Positions 23,044 through 33,302 of a DNA stretch of 42,687 nucleotides are shown here, in pieces; within the stretch, counting starts at the first letter, position 1; each line of letters begins with the position of its first letter. Both the position numbers and the translations under genes were made by a program. This DNA is from a virus: the IMG/VR virus record IMGVR_UViG_3300021387_001323; one strand, written 5' to 3'. The notes beneath the pieces were generated by a model. It was not told the DNA's origin, did not search any database, and saw nothing but the letters and a program-made list of their open reading frames with translations.

Positions 23044-24528
23044 TTAACCCTCCTCTCCGAAAAATGACGAGAAGCCCTCGTCTGTGTATGTTACCTTTGC
23101 AGTGGCTGACTTGAGAGGTGGCGTAGGTGTCGCCATAATATGCCAAACAAAGTCGCCGTTGATCATGTCGCTCTCCGGGTTCTCGTTCTCAAGGAAAAGG
23201 ACCTCAGGCTTGCCGATGAGTGCACCGACTCCGGTCAAAGCGTCAAGTTCTCCCTGCTCGCTCACGACGATGCTGTCGCGGTCGTTCGGTGTCATCGGTG
23301 TGTCGATCTTGGTGCCGTTTCTGAGCTGGAAGCCGTTCGTGATATACATGAGCATCCTCATGTTTGTCTCGAAGATTGCAGAAGCGTCCATGGATCCGTT
23401 ATAGGTGAAGCCAGCGGTATGAGGTCCCCACAACTTGAAAGCACCGTCCCAGAAGCAGAGGGTTGTGATGCCTTTCTCGTTGAGGTCGTTCGCCTCAGTC
23501 TGATCGAAGCCCTGATTCTCAGAGTCTCCGAAGTACTGGTCTGTCGCCATGATGTCCTTGTTCGAGCAGCTCTCGAACGGGATGCAGTCGTGCTCCAGAT
23601 CGGTCTCGAGCATCTTGGCGGTCATGATGGTGCTGAGGTGGTAAACCTTGTCGCCATACTGAGCCATAGGCCACGCCACTTTGCTGACCGGGCTGGTGTA
23701 TGCGTTGTCGTTTTTCCATGCGATCGCCTGGGCGATAGTCTCGACCTTGTAGGTTGTGCCGGACTGCTTGTAGCTGATAGGGATGTCCGCATTGACGAAA
23801 GCATCCCAGTGGCCGTTGATCTTCTGTGCTGCGCTGCAAAGTGCACGATATACGGCAGGCTTCTCGGACCAGCCAGGAGCTGCCAAAATGTTCGGCACTG
23901 CGTTCTCGCGCATATAGAGCAAAGCGACAGCTGCGATTCCGGTGTAGTCGCCGGATCCGGTATGCTGTCCGATGATGGTGCTCTCAGTGATAGCGGTGAG
24001 ATCCACGTCGTAGTATGTCACCGTTACGGTGCCAGTGAGCTGGTCGTTTTCGATCAGGCTCTTGATGGTGACGGTTGAGCTGTTGAAGTCGTACTCGATA
24101 GAGTAGTCAACGCCCTCGGTCTTGTCCTCGATTGCGATGGTGTCAAGAATGACGGTATCGCTCACAAAGGATCCGGAGCCGTTTGAAAATGCAACCGACT
24201 TAGTGGTTGCCGTGCTCTTGCGGTGAGTGTCGGGATCTAACACGTTGACGATGTAGATCGGGCCGACGTTTCCGTTTGCGTTGTTGAAGTGGTAGTCAAT
24301 AGCCTCGCAGAGTGTGAAGCTGTCCCACGAGTCGGAGTATCCGACTTTGGCCTGAGCGTCACCGAGATTTCTCAATCTCACGGGCACATTGACAAGATCG
24401 GCGTCATCGTATCCTCTGATCAGGTTGATCGGAGCGGTTCCGAAGTAGACCACGTTCTCCTCGGCCTGCTTGGTGCTCTTTACCTGGGAGGCAGTACGCT
24501 CGCCGTATGCTCCATGTTTGTATCCCAT
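23044..24528 (-). CDS. Contractile tail sheath protein
   Basis: 494 aa; MGYKHGAYGERTAS...VYFGTAPINL N-terminus typical of P2 FI-like sheaths. Confidence 0.85.
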   Translation of the reverse strand: MGYKHGAYGERTASQVKSTKQAEENVVYFGTAPINLIRGYDDADLVNVPVRLRNLGDAQAKVGYSDSWDSFTLCEAIDYHFNNANGNVGPIYIVNVLDPDTHRKSTATTKSVAFSNGSGSFVSDTVILDTIAIEDKTEGVDYSIEYDFNSSTVTIKSLIENDQLTGTVTVTYYDVDLTAITESTIIGQHTGSGDYTGIAAVALLYMRENAVPNILAAPGWSEKPAVYRALCSAAQKINGHWDAFVNADIPISYKQSGTTYKVETIAQAIAWKNDNAYTSPVSKVAWPMAQYGDKVYHLSTIMTAKMLETDLEHDCIPFESCSNKDIMATDQYFGDSENQGFDQTEANDLNEKGITTLCFWDGAFKLWGPHTAGFTYNGSMDASAIFETNMRMLMYITNGFQLRNGTKIDTPMTPNDRDSIVVSEQGELDALTGVGALIGKPEVLFLENENPESDMINGDFVWHIMATPTPPLKSATAKVTYTDEGFSSFFGEEG

Positions 24529-24546
24529 GGTGTTGTCCTCCTTGTC

Positions 24547-25182
24547 TTAGTTTAATAGGTTGCGGATGGTCTCCGATTTCTTATACGGAACGCCGCAAAC
24601 AACTGAAAAAGATATCCAGCCGCACCAGTATGGGTAGTAGTCCCAGATCACACCGTCCTCGCTAAAAGGTCCATAGGTGATCGGTTCCATGTTATCGACG
24701 CGAACACCGGCGAAAAGCTCGGCGCTCTCGAGTTCCCTCAGTGCGATGTCCTGGAAGTTGTAGAGATCTTTCCATCCGTCGCTGTTGCGGTTGTAGGTTT
24801 CCCCCTCCGGGTTGGTCTCGTATTTGTAGCCGCCCAGAGCGTCCACGTCCTCGATCGGGTGGAGAGTTTCACCTGGATGCGTACCGGGGTTCCATGTGGA
24901 TAGACAAAGCCGGAGCTTTAACCGCCTTTCGCCCGTTGCCAGCTGATCGCTTCCCTCAAGCAGCTGCACTGCGATGGATGGGATCGGTGCCTTTACGTTT
25001 GGCGGTATTCTGTCTTTTGCCGGTACAAAAAGAGGGAAAGCGGCAGGAGCGACCATCTGCACGCGATAGCGGCCGTCGTTCGCACTGTCGTCCGGCAGTT
25101 TGAGCTGGATCTTTGTGCAGATGTTTTCAGCCACCCAGGACGTCACGCCCTCGATGATGTCTTTTGTTGTCACTGCTGCCAC
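24547..25182 (-). CDS. Structural protein (putative neck/tail terminator)
   Basis: Position between head-tail connector genes and sheath; start may be GTG 25173 (8 nt after GGAGG). Confidence 0.4.
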   Translation of the reverse strand: MAAVTTKDIIEGVTSWVAENICTKIQLKLPDDSANDGRYRVQMVAPAAFPLFVPAKDRIPPNVKAPIPSIAVQLLEGSDQLATGERRLKLRLCLSTWNPGTHPGETLHPIEDVDALGGYKYETNPEGETYNRNSDGWKDLYNFQDIALRELESAELFAGVRVDNMEPITYGPFSEDGVIWDYYPYWCGWISFSVVCGVPYKKSETIRNLLN

Positions 25183-25186
25183 CTCC

Positions 25187-25507
25187 TTAAATGGTTCTAT
25201 TTTGCTTTAATAAAATGCAGCTGACGCCGGTGTTCTCCACCCAGTCAACGACCTGGCACTCACGCCCATCGAAGTTTATGAGGGATCCCGGTGCTTTTCT
25301 GTCCGGAGCGTCCTCGCTTCTTGCATAGATCAAAAGATCCGCCTCACCGAGTCCGATCTCCGTGCCGGTCTTGAGCTTGAGCAGCTCGTCGTTGTCGATA
25401 ACGATGTCGATGTTCTTGCCCTCGACTTCATGCGTCTCGCCGAAGTCCGACAGCATGAAAAACAGATCGGCCACATCTCCGGCCATCAGCTCCTTGAGCG
25501 TCATCAT
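25187..25507 (-). CDS. Putative head-tail connector protein
   Basis: 106 aa, position after capsid genes; ATGATGA coupling to upstream gene. Confidence 0.4.
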   Translation of the reverse strand: MMTLKELMAGDVADLFFMLSDFGETHEVEGKNIDIVIDNDELLKLKTGTEIGLGEADLLIYARSEDAPDRKAPGSLINFDGRECQVVDWVENTGVSCILLKQNRTI

Positions 25508-25962
25508 TCAGGCAAAGCTGCGGTGATGTCGGGAGCGTCGCCGCAGTCCTCACCGTCATCCTCGCCGCTTTCCTCTCCAGCATCCTCAGCATCGTCATCG
25601 TCCTCAGGTTTTTCGCCCTCGTCAGATGCTCCGGCCTTGGCTGCGTCAAGTGCCTCGATGATCTGCTTCTTTGTTGCTCTTTCTGCGACTTCGACGCCGA
25701 GCTTTTCAGCGATTGCCTTGAGCTCTGCGACTGTGTTCTTGTCGCTGTACTCGAGTTCGTCGGCTTTGGATGCAGGAGCCTCGGAGGCGTCGCCGCCGTC
25801 CGAGCTCACATCCTCGCCCACGTATTCCGCTACACCTGCTGCAACCAGCTCGTCCTCACGATCTTCCGGGAGAGTGAAAGGCTTTGACTTTGCAGTCTTG
25901 GCCTCGACCACGCCCGTCTGAGGGTTGCGGTAGCCGTAGGTGCCGTTGATAATTCTGATCAT
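25504..25962 (-). CDS. Acidic protein with HeH/Rho-N-like motif (head-associated?)
   Basis: NTVAELKAIAEKLGVEVAERATKKQIIEALD motif; very acidic tail; directly after major capsid gene. Confidence 0.4.
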   Translation of the reverse strand: MIRIINGTYGYRNPQTGVVEAKTAKSKPFTLPEDREDELVAAGVAEYVGEDVSSDGGDASEAPASKADELEYSDKNTVAELKAIAEKLGVEVAERATKKQIIEALDAAKAGASDEGEKPEDDDDAEDAGEESGEDDGEDCGDAPDITAALPE

Positions 25963-25981
25963 GTGGGTTTCCTCCTTTGCC

Positions 25982-27058
25982 TTATACAGTGGTCAAAACG
26001 TCCGCGCAGATCCAAGGCGCCTTGTTGTTAGGCACAAGTAAAGGTTTAGCGGAGAGCTTGATCTTGCGGACTTCGCTCTCAGCGTCTGCGGTGTACTTAG
26101 GTACGCGGCTTGCCGCATAAGTGTGGAAAGCTCCGTCAGCCTGTTCGAGCTGAGTGACTGCACCGTAAAGAGTGCGGCCAGCGCCAGGAGCGGTGAGGAT
26201 TGCCTTGCCGTAACCGATGAACGCTGCATCGTTTCCGCTTTCGTCCTCGTATGTCTCATCGTAGGAGATGAGGTTGATGTTGCGACCCTCGATGTTGAGG
26301 ACAGCGATGCGGCTTGCACCGTCAGGAAGCACGATAGGAGTGACTTCGCCGATGTTGATGCGACGATTGTCGAGGAGCTTCTGCACGCCATTGTTGTTGA
26401 TGATGACCTGAGCGGTTGCAGGATCAACAACGAGGTCAACAGCAGGAAGTCCGCGGCTGGTGAGCATCCTTACCATTGCGGCGAGGTCACCGATGATGTC
26501 GTAGTTCGCAGAGCTGTCCCACTTTGCGGATGGTGTAAACTTCGCAGGGTTGTTGCTTCCGTCGTAGAACATCAGCTCAAACTCTTCGTAAGCTCCGCCG
26601 TAGTCGTCCACGTACTGCTTGAGCACGTAGCCGTTGTTCATCATCGCCTGTGCTGCCATGTACTCCTCGCGGCCGTCGATCATGATGCCGAGCTCAGAGA
26701 GATCCTGGCCGAGAACGGAAGCCTCGCGCTGCTGAGGAGTCACCTGAGTGTAGAGGTTCTCACCGAAGCCCCTTTTGTTGAGGTCGTCGATGGTGAGAGG
26801 TCTCTGAGGAGCTACGAGAGGAGGAGCGAAGCGCTTGGTTGTGTAGCCGTCACGCAAAACGGTGATGCCGCCCTTGCGAGGAGCTACAACGGGAGCGATC
26901 TTCTTGCTGCCGTCCTTGTAGTCGATCAGCACCTCATCTGTTGGAAAAATGTCTGCCGGAGCAGTAGGGAAGTAACGATCGCGCAGGAAAGTCCTGTGGG
27001 TAGGCATTGCCTGGATTGCTGCGATCATTGTCAAAGTCTGATAAATAATGTTAGGCAT
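25982..27058 (-). CDS. Major capsid protein (lambda gpE-like)
   Basis: 358 aa; ...RTFLRDRYFPT...EVLIDYKDGSKKIAPVVAPRKGG... pattern and position after decoration protein as in lambda D-E. Confidence 0.85.
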   Translation of the reverse strand: MPNIIYQTLTMIAAIQAMPTHRTFLRDRYFPTAPADIFPTDEVLIDYKDGSKKIAPVVAPRKGGITVLRDGYTTKRFAPPLVAPQRPLTIDDLNKRGFGENLYTQVTPQQREASVLGQDLSELGIMIDGREEYMAAQAMMNNGYVLKQYVDDYGGAYEEFELMFYDGSNNPAKFTPSAKWDSSANYDIIGDLAAMVRMLTSRGLPAVDLVVDPATAQVIINNNGVQKLLDNRRINIGEVTPIVLPDGASRIAVLNIEGRNINLISYDETYEDESGNDAAFIGYGKAILTAPGAGRTLYGAVTQLEQADGAFHTYAASRVPKYTADAESEVRKIKLSAKPLLVPNNKAPWICADVLTTV

Positions 27059-27077
27059 TTGTTTGTCCTCCTTTTCT

Positions 27078-27737
27078 TTACTCGACTACACCCTCGACAA
27101 AGATGCCCTTGCCGCGGAGTGTTTCGATGTTTGCTGCCGATAAAGTCAGGCTGTTGATCTCCTCAAGCGTCTGCTTTGCGAAGTTGCCGGACTTGTATGC
27201 CTCTACGAGATAAGATCCCGAAGTCTCAACAACGAGATCATCTGCAAGGATGCAGTCAGGTGTTCCGTCAGAGAACACGCTCGCAGTAGTTCCAGAAACC
27301 TGGAGGATAGTGCCGCGAGGGATCGTATAGGCAGGGAAGTCGTCAGTATCGGTGAAGATAGTGCCGCCTGCTGTGATGCCGCCGCTCTGTACCTTGTAGA
27401 GCACGCCGTTGAGTGTGAAGTAGTCGTTTGCTGAGTAGCCGCTTGCTGCAACGAAGTCAGTCTCTGCCGCTACGGTGAGAGCTGTCACGTTTGTGCCGGC
27501 TACGAGAGTTGCGTCCTTTGCGATTGCTGCGCTTGCAGTGTAGTAGTTATCACCCACCTGGATGATGTCGCCGGAAGCGTAAGCCTTTGAGGCTTTCATG
27601 GATTCCTCCACGCTCACTTCCTGGGCTTTTGCGTTTGCAGCCTGGACGATGCTCACGCCCTTGACGTCAAGATCGTGCTTGCCGTCAACGATGAGGTTGT
27701 CAGCTGCCAGGGTTCCGATGGTTTTGCCTGTTCTCAT
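27078..27737 (-). CDS. Head decoration protein (gpD-like, extended)
   Basis: Position between protease/scaffold and capsid genes; terminal segments resemble gpD family. Confidence 0.55.
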   Translation of the reverse strand: MRTGKTIGTLAADNLIVDGKHDLDVKGVSIVQAANAKAQEVSVEESMKASKAYASGDIIQVGDNYYTASAAIAKDATLVAGTNVTALTVAAETDFVAASGYSANDYFTLNGVLYKVQSGGITAGGTIFTDTDDFPAYTIPRGTILQVSGTTASVFSDGTPDCILADDLVVETSGSYLVEAYKSGNFAKQTLEEINSLTLSAANIETLRGKGIFVEGVVE

Positions 27738-29003
27738 TTATTTGCCCTCCTTATCGTTGTTGAAAGTGCCCGCGATCATTTTGACCGCATCTTCTTCGCT
27801 GAGCTCTTTGCTGTCTCCGAGATCCGGTTCAGGGTTTCCACCGTTAGGATCAGCTACTACGCCTGCCGCGCCGCTCTGCTGGAAGTCCTGCGCCTGGTTC
27901 TGGATGTGCTGGGTGCCGAGCTTTGCCTGCTTCTGCATAGCGCGAAGCGCAAGCTCTGAGGCTGTGCAGGCGGTCTCGCCATACATTGCCTCGTTGACCA
28001 TCTCCTGATCTCCGACTGTCGCCGCGATCTCCTGGATCGCCTGGAGGCGGGCGCGCTCGTCGGTGATGGCCTGGTTCTTTGCCTCAGCTGCTGCATCTGC
28101 TGTGATCTGTGCAACGAGCTCAGGCTCTGCCTGTTTGAGTTCTTCTAAGGTCATGTGCTTGTCCTCCTTGTTTTTCTTGGTTTTTGTTGTATTTGCAGCC
28201 GCGGACGTTTTGGCAGGTTTATCATCCGTCGGTGTTGCCGTGTTAGGCTGTGCAGCCGCCTGAGCTGCAACCGGTATAGATCCCGGGAGATTGGAAAAGG
28301 CCGACGCGCTCATTCTGAGACCGTTGACCGTGATCATTTCCTTGTCTGCAGATAGACTCATTTCAGGATCCTCACCCTCAAGCACTTCGTCGATCCAGCC
28401 CTTTTCAGCTGCTTCGCGTCCGGTGAGCCATGTCTCTTTTGCCATAGCGTTGCGGATCTTATCAATGCCGAGGTGTGTCTTGCTCTCGTAGGTCTCAGCC
28501 GCTGCGGAGTTCGCTGCTTCGAGTCCTTTGTTGACCTTTGCAAGTGCGTCGTGGTTGTAAACGCCGACCAGCGTCACCGCTGCCTCGTGCACCATGAAAA
28601 GGCTGCCAGGGTATGCCTGGATCGTATCGCATCCCATCGCGATGACAGTCGCTGCGGATGCAGCCACGCCGTCGATGATTGCGACAGTGTTGCCAGTGAG
28701 TTCTTTGAGTCTGTTGCTGATTCCGATGGCTGTGTAAAGATCACCGCCGACCGAGTTGATGCGGACGGTGACGTTCTTGGCGCCTTTGATCAGGTTCAGA
28801 TCTTCCAAAAACTCCTTTGGAGTGGTGAAAAGCCCGTCGTCCGGTTCACCTGTCCACCAGTCTTTTGGTCGCTTGGTGACGATCTCGCCGTAGACGGTCA
28901 GCTCTGCGTTGTCTCCGTCGCCCTGCACAACATTCCAAAAGCGCGGAGTAGTGGCGGCTGCTGCCGCCGGTCCCATTGTGATGGGCGTTCTATTCTTGTG
29001 CAT
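27738..29003 (-). CDS. Head maturation protease (ClpP/S49-like) fused to scaffold-like C-terminal domain
   Basis: VRINSVGGDLYTAIGISNRLKEL...IDGVAASAATVIAMGCD...MVHEA serine protease core; coiled-coil C-terminus; RBS AAGGAGGTCAAGACAATG. Confidence 0.85.
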   Translation of the reverse strand: MHKNRTPITMGPAAAAATTPRFWNVVQGDGDNAELTVYGEIVTKRPKDWWTGEPDDGLFTTPKEFLEDLNLIKGAKNVTVRINSVGGDLYTAIGISNRLKELTGNTVAIIDGVAASAATVIAMGCDTIQAYPGSLFMVHEAAVTLVGVYNHDALAKVNKGLEAANSAAAETYESKTHLGIDKIRNAMAKETWLTGREAAEKGWIDEVLEGEDPEMSLSADKEMITVNGLRMSASAFSNLPGSIPVAAQAAAQPNTATPTDDKPAKTSAAANTTKTKKNKEDKHMTLEELKQAEPELVAQITADAAAEAKNQAITDERARLQAIQEIAATVGDQEMVNEAMYGETACTASELALRAMQKQAKLGTQHIQNQAQDFQQSGAAGVVADPNGGNPEPDLGDSKELSEEDAVKMIAGTFNNDKEGK

Positions 29004-30540
29004 TGTCTTGACCTCCTTGTGGTTCTGCGGCTGCCGTAGCCTCCGCGATCTTTTTGTTCTCCTCGGTGATCTGTCGGATGTTTGCGTTCCAGTTTCCGCC
29101 GTTGAGCTTGATCGTGCTCTGCTCGTGGGTTGAGAAGCCGTGCTCCACCGCCATGACCTCCGCTTGGATCTCTTTCGTAGGATCGAGCTGTCCCTGAGAC
29201 GGACCGATCCACTCACTGCCGAGCCATGCCTCCCGGATGATTGGATCCGAGAAAAAGCCGGGCGCTTGAATACGTCCGCGGGCGACTGCCTCGTGCAGCC
29301 AGATCTCATAGATTGGCTTGCAGAAGTCGTCCACAAACCACTCGCGGCGCATCTTAAAGGCTTTCCATGCTTCCATGAGAGCCGCACGGCTTGCCGAGTA
29401 GGATGCGTTGAACGATTTCATGAGAAGATCAGCAGGCACCTCCAAAGCGGCGCCGCACTGTTCACAAAGGCATTTCATGAAAGCATCGAAGCCAGCGTTC
29501 GGATGCGTAGGAGCTCCAAACTTGACGTCCTCGCCCGGTTTCATGATGTTGACCTGGCCCGGTCCCATCTCATACTCGTCATCGTCGTGAGAGATCTGAG
29601 GCTGTCCGGCTTCGTTGTACGGATTCTCTGTCGGATCCGCCTGCGTAAGCACGAAAGCAGTGAAAAAGCTCTGGATGAGAGCCGCCTGCAGTTCGCTTTC
29701 GGTGTATCTGCGCATCTGGAGCATCGGTTCGATAACCTGCGCCAGGTATGAGATGCCACGGTATTGCTCGGGACGTTCCGAGTCCATAATCTGGAGCACG
29801 TTCGGGAGCCCTGTCAGGGATCCGTATGCCTCAACGCGGACAAACTCATTTGGCTCGCTTGTCACCTGCCCCGGGTAGTGGTTGCAGATGTGATAGGCTA
29901 CAATCTGGCCGTCGTGATTAACTTCCACGCCGTCAAAGATGCGGTTCCCGTTGTCCGGGTTCTTTCCGTCCGTCACGCTTGGGTATGTGCTGCCCTTGCC
30001 GATCGGTGTCATGATGCGATCAGCTTCGACGAGGTGAATCCTGAGCGAGTACGGATTGAGTGGTGTCGGGCTCTGCTGTTTCATAACAGCAAAAACGTCG
30101 CCGGACAAAAGCCAGGACGTGAGAGCCAGCTGTTGCAATCCGTAAAAATTATTGATGCCGGTGGCGTCGCAGGACCGCTTCTTTCGAGCCCAGAGCTCAA
30201 ACTCTGCCTCTGTCCGTCGTTCCCACGCCGCCGCTTGCTCCGGCGTTAAACCTAAGAGTTCAGCGTTCGGCTTGCTTTGTAGCTTTAGGCCGCAGCCGAT
30301 CACGTTTGTGCGGTTCGTTTTAACCGCTGAGGTCGCCAGTGGTGCGGCCATGTATAGCATCCTGGCTCTTTGCCTCATTGTGTAGTTGTTCCAGTCGATG
30401 TCCTCCCGGGCGGATATGCTCGAAGCAATAAACGACTTGAGTGCTCGCTTTCTCCAGCTGGCACCTGCGTCGCCGTATCCGCTGTTGCTCGCTCTTTTAG
30501 CTTTTCCGGTTGGCACTTCTGGACTGCGTTTTTCTTCCAT
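28990..30540 (-). CDS. Portal protein (lambda gpB family)
   Basis: 516 aa between gpW-like and protease genes; N-terminal ...GASWRKRALKSF...DIDWNNYTMRQRAR pattern. Confidence 0.85.
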   Translation of the reverse strand: MEEKRSPEVPTGKAKRASNSGYGDAGASWRKRALKSFIASSISAREDIDWNNYTMRQRARMLYMAAPLATSAVKTNRTNVIGCGLKLQSKPNAELLGLTPEQAAAWERRTEAEFELWARKKRSCDATGINNFYGLQQLALTSWLLSGDVFAVMKQQSPTPLNPYSLRIHLVEADRIMTPIGKGSTYPSVTDGKNPDNGNRIFDGVEVNHDGQIVAYHICNHYPGQVTSEPNEFVRVEAYGSLTGLPNVLQIMDSERPEQYRGISYLAQVIEPMLQMRRYTESELQAALIQSFFTAFVLTQADPTENPYNEAGQPQISHDDDEYEMGPGQVNIMKPGEDVKFGAPTHPNAGFDAFMKCLCEQCGAALEVPADLLMKSFNASYSASRAALMEAWKAFKMRREWFVDDFCKPIYEIWLHEAVARGRIQAPGFFSDPIIREAWLGSEWIGPSQGQLDPTKEIQAEVMAVEHGFSTHEQSTIKLNGGNWNANIRQITEENKKIAEATAAAEPQGGQDNAQE

Positions 30541-30551
30541 CTTTGCCCTCC

Positions 30552-30803
30552 TTACCAGTCGCGGGGTATTACCCCGAGAGCTTTGCGTCTTGCGCCGCCT
30601 CCCTCAAGCTCTGCGAGCTCGTCCTCGAGTTCCTTGATGGCGCTGCGGATGGTCGAGAGGTCGGTATTGTATCGCGTGGCGTTTCTGGATCCGACGCCAT
30701 AAGATTGAACGCCGCCGGAGAGCATCTCGGCTTCGCGCTTTTTGTAAAGGTCCAGACGTTCGCGGATGCTTTCGATCCGGGCTTTCTTTTGCTGTTGCGT
30801 CAT
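30552..30803 (-). CDS. Head-tail joining protein gpW-like
   Basis: 83 aa between terminase and portal; pattern similar to lambda gpW. Confidence 0.65.
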   Translation of the reverse strand: MTQQQKKARIESIRERLDLYKKREAEMLSGGVQSYGVGSRNATRYNTDLSTIRSAIKELEDELAELEGGGARRKALGVIPRDW

Positions 30804-30814
30804 GCTTTTCCTCC

Positions 30815-32716
30815 TTACCACTCGTCACCGTATAGGTCACGCTTTTTCTTTTTCTTTGGAGGCGGCTGCTTCGGTTTTGGTTCATCCAGTCCCTTGAGTC
30901 GTCTCTCTATTGCGTCGAGATCAGGATCCACGACGCGGAAGCCTGCCATCGCGTAGTTGCGACAGTCAAGCGCCTCGTTTCTTTCATGTCCCGGGATCTT
31001 TTCCCAGGCCCATCGCTCGCCTTGTCTGCTTCTCTTTCTGACGAGAGTCTCAGACAGTAGGCCGTTGAAGTAGTTTAGATCGTAGCCGCGTTCCTCTCCG
31101 AGAGGAAAGTGGCAGTATTTTGTCTCACCGTCTGCATCATTGACGCGGAGCGCTGACATGATGGAGCTCTTGCCAGCATCGACGCCGATGGTGTAGAGCC
31201 AGCAGGTCACTCGCTTGTTGTCGCGGATTGCAACCTTTGACGGTGGGCTGATGTATGGGATGCCCTCGCCACCTTTACCTTTGATTGCAAAGACGCGCTT
31301 CGTGAGTCGTTTCCGGCACTCGCTGTAGACTTCCTGCGTGTAATGTCCGCCGGAGTCCACAAAAGTGATGGAGATCCGGAGCCCTTTGCCGTTTTGGTAT
31401 TTGTACGAGTGTTCAACCACGTCGTCGAGGCGTTGCCACACCTCGGGGTTGTCAGGCTTTCCCATGATGTAGCCTTTTTTGATGCCCCAGGTGGCGCCGC
31501 CTTTTCCATGGCCGACAACCTCGTACTCCAGACGATTGTCCTGAGTATCGACGCCGCAGGTCAGACAAAGCACACCGTCCGGCAGTTCTGCCGGGTATTG
31601 CTCGCGCCTTGTGAGCATCGAGTCCTCGTCCTGGATGTCTCCGCGCTCCTCCCAGAGCTCACCGAGCAGGGTGTTGAGCACAACCTTGAGACGTTCCGGA
31701 TCCTTTTGTGCGTCCAAAAACTTCGTGGCGATCTTTTCCCACGGAGTCCATGGCGAAGCGAAAGCGGAGAGCCAGTAGCTCTTGACGCCGTTCGCAGCTG
31801 CGTCCGGATTCTGCGCCACCCACTTGGCCGGTTGCTTTCGCATCTGTTCCTCTGTGGAGATGCAGCCGCAGATCGGGCAGCAATATGTAAGCGGGCCGAC
31901 GATCTTGTTTTTCTTTTTGCCGTGGACCGTTACGATCTTGTGCTCGAAGTGGATCCGGTTGAAAGTGATCTCACTATACTCACCACACTCCGGGCACTGA
32001 TGGCACCAGCGTTCCTGGGTTCCCTCGTAGTAGGCCGTCTCGATGTTCGAGAAGTTCTTAATGGTAGGGGTGGAGACTTCCACCGCCTTTGCATTGTAAA
32101 AGGTCGCCTGTCTTGCTTCCGCGAGAGCCCAGGGATCACCCTCGTTACCAGCTGACACCGCCCATCGGTCACGCTCGTCGCCGATAATATACCGGCACGG
32201 CGTTGAAGCCAGGGCGCTGGCGCTGTTTGATCCGGTGATGGTCAGCATCCCACCGGGGAAAGACTTCTGCAGCACGGTGCTCGTCGCATCCTTGCCCTTG
32301 ATGTCTGTCACCCTGCTTTTGAGGACTTTGCTGTCTCGGATCATGGGCGCGATCCTCAGCCTTGAAAACTTTCGCGCATCTTCCAGGGAGGGTTGCACGA
32401 AAAGGATCGAGCCGGGATCCTGGTGCATTATATAGCCGATGATGTTCAGCTCCATCTCGGACTTGCCGACCTGTGAAGCTGCCACCATGACGATCTTGTG
32501 GATTTTGGGATCCGTAAAGGCTCCCATTGGTTCTTCAAGGTAGGGCGTGCGGGATGTTCGCCACGGTCCTGCCTCTGCTGATGTTTCCGGAGACAAGCGG
32601 CGGTACTTGTCAGCCCACTCGGCCACCGTTAAATTTTCCGGAGGCTTGAAGTGTGAGAGGGCTCCGGCGATCGCGGCGTTGAGGTTTCTTACTTCCTCAT
32701 TCTTCGTCACCGTCAT
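30815..32716 (-). CDS. terL: Terminase large subunit (lambda gpA family)
   Basis: LTVAEWADKYRRLS...GPWRTSRTPYLEEPM...VMVAASQVGKSE (Walker A-like) ...zinc-finger-like CHQCPECG...CCPICG. Confidence 0.9.
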   Translation of the reverse strand: MTVTKNEEVRNLNAAIAGALSHFKPPENLTVAEWADKYRRLSPETSAEAGPWRTSRTPYLEEPMGAFTDPKIHKIVMVAASQVGKSEMELNIIGYIMHQDPGSILFVQPSLEDARKFSRLRIAPMIRDSKVLKSRVTDIKGKDATSTVLQKSFPGGMLTITGSNSASALASTPCRYIIGDERDRWAVSAGNEGDPWALAEARQATFYNAKAVEVSTPTIKNFSNIETAYYEGTQERWCHQCPECGEYSEITFNRIHFEHKIVTVHGKKKNKIVGPLTYCCPICGCISTEEQMRKQPAKWVAQNPDAAANGVKSYWLSAFASPWTPWEKIATKFLDAQKDPERLKVVLNTLLGELWEERGDIQDEDSMLTRREQYPAELPDGVLCLTCGVDTQDNRLEYEVVGHGKGGATWGIKKGYIMGKPDNPEVWQRLDDVVEHSYKYQNGKGLRISITFVDSGGHYTQEVYSECRKRLTKRVFAIKGKGGEGIPYISPPSKVAIRDNKRVTCWLYTIGVDAGKSSIMSALRVNDADGETKYCHFPLGEERGYDLNYFNGLLSETLVRKRSRQGERWAWEKIPGHERNEALDCRNYAMAGFRVVDPDLDAIERRLKGLDEPKPKQPPPKKKKKRDLYGDEW

Positions 32717-33260
32717 CCGTTGCCTCTTTCCAGCCCTCGCGCTCCCTCACGCGTTTGGCGTATTCCTCGGGATCGTATTTGTAGTTGGAAAGCTCCTCCA
32801 GCACCTGATAGCACTCGCGCCGGATGATTTCCGACGCTTCTGGAGCAGTGTCAACCGCTGCCACATCGACGGCGAGCCGTCCCGGCAATGCGATGATCAT
32901 GCTGCGGATCGTATAGACCAGGTCGGTCGTGATCGCCTCAACGTCCTCGCTGCGGTGCATCTGTCCGCGCAGTTCTTTGAGCTGGAGCTCCGCCATGTCC
33001 GCCTTGGCTCTTTTCAGATCTGCCTCAGCGGCGAGCTTTTCCTCCTCGGTTTTTCTGTTTTTCTGATCGCGTCCGTTTGCTTTGTCGCTCAGGTACGCGA
33101 TGTACTTGCGCACCGTAGGGAGCAGGTCAAATTGATAAACGCCGTCAACCTTGCGGCCCTCGATGACGCCCTCCTTTGCCAGCTGCTGCACGCGCCTCTC
33201 GCTGAGATTAAAAAGCGATGCCACGACAGCGGTGCTTTGTAGGTTTTCCTTTGCCGCCAT
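32697..33260 (-). CDS. terS: Terminase small subunit (Nu1-like)
   Basis: N-terminal wHTH ...VASLFNLSERRVQQLAKEGVI...; overlaps terL start; RBS AAAGGAGGCGCCAGGATG. Confidence 0.7.
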   Translation of the reverse strand: MAAKENLQSTAVVASLFNLSERRVQQLAKEGVIEGRKVDGVYQFDLLPTVRKYIAYLSDKANGRDQKNRKTEEEKLAAEADLKRAKADMAELQLKELRGQMHRSEDVEAITTDLVYTIRSMIIALPGRLAVDVAAVDTAPEASEIIRRECYQVLEELSNYKYDPEEYAKRVREREGWKEATDDGDEE

Positions 33261-33283
33261 CCTGGCGCCTCCTTTCACTTTCT

Positions 33284-33302
33284 CCGGGCGGTCGCCGCCG
33301 GG
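33284..33302 (-). other. Candidate cosN-like imperfect palindrome containing GGCGGCGACC
   Basis: Minus strand CCCGGCGGCGACCGCCCGG; 14/19 positions rotationally symmetric; 10-nt identity to the lambda cohesive-end core GGCGGCGACC. Confidence 0.35.
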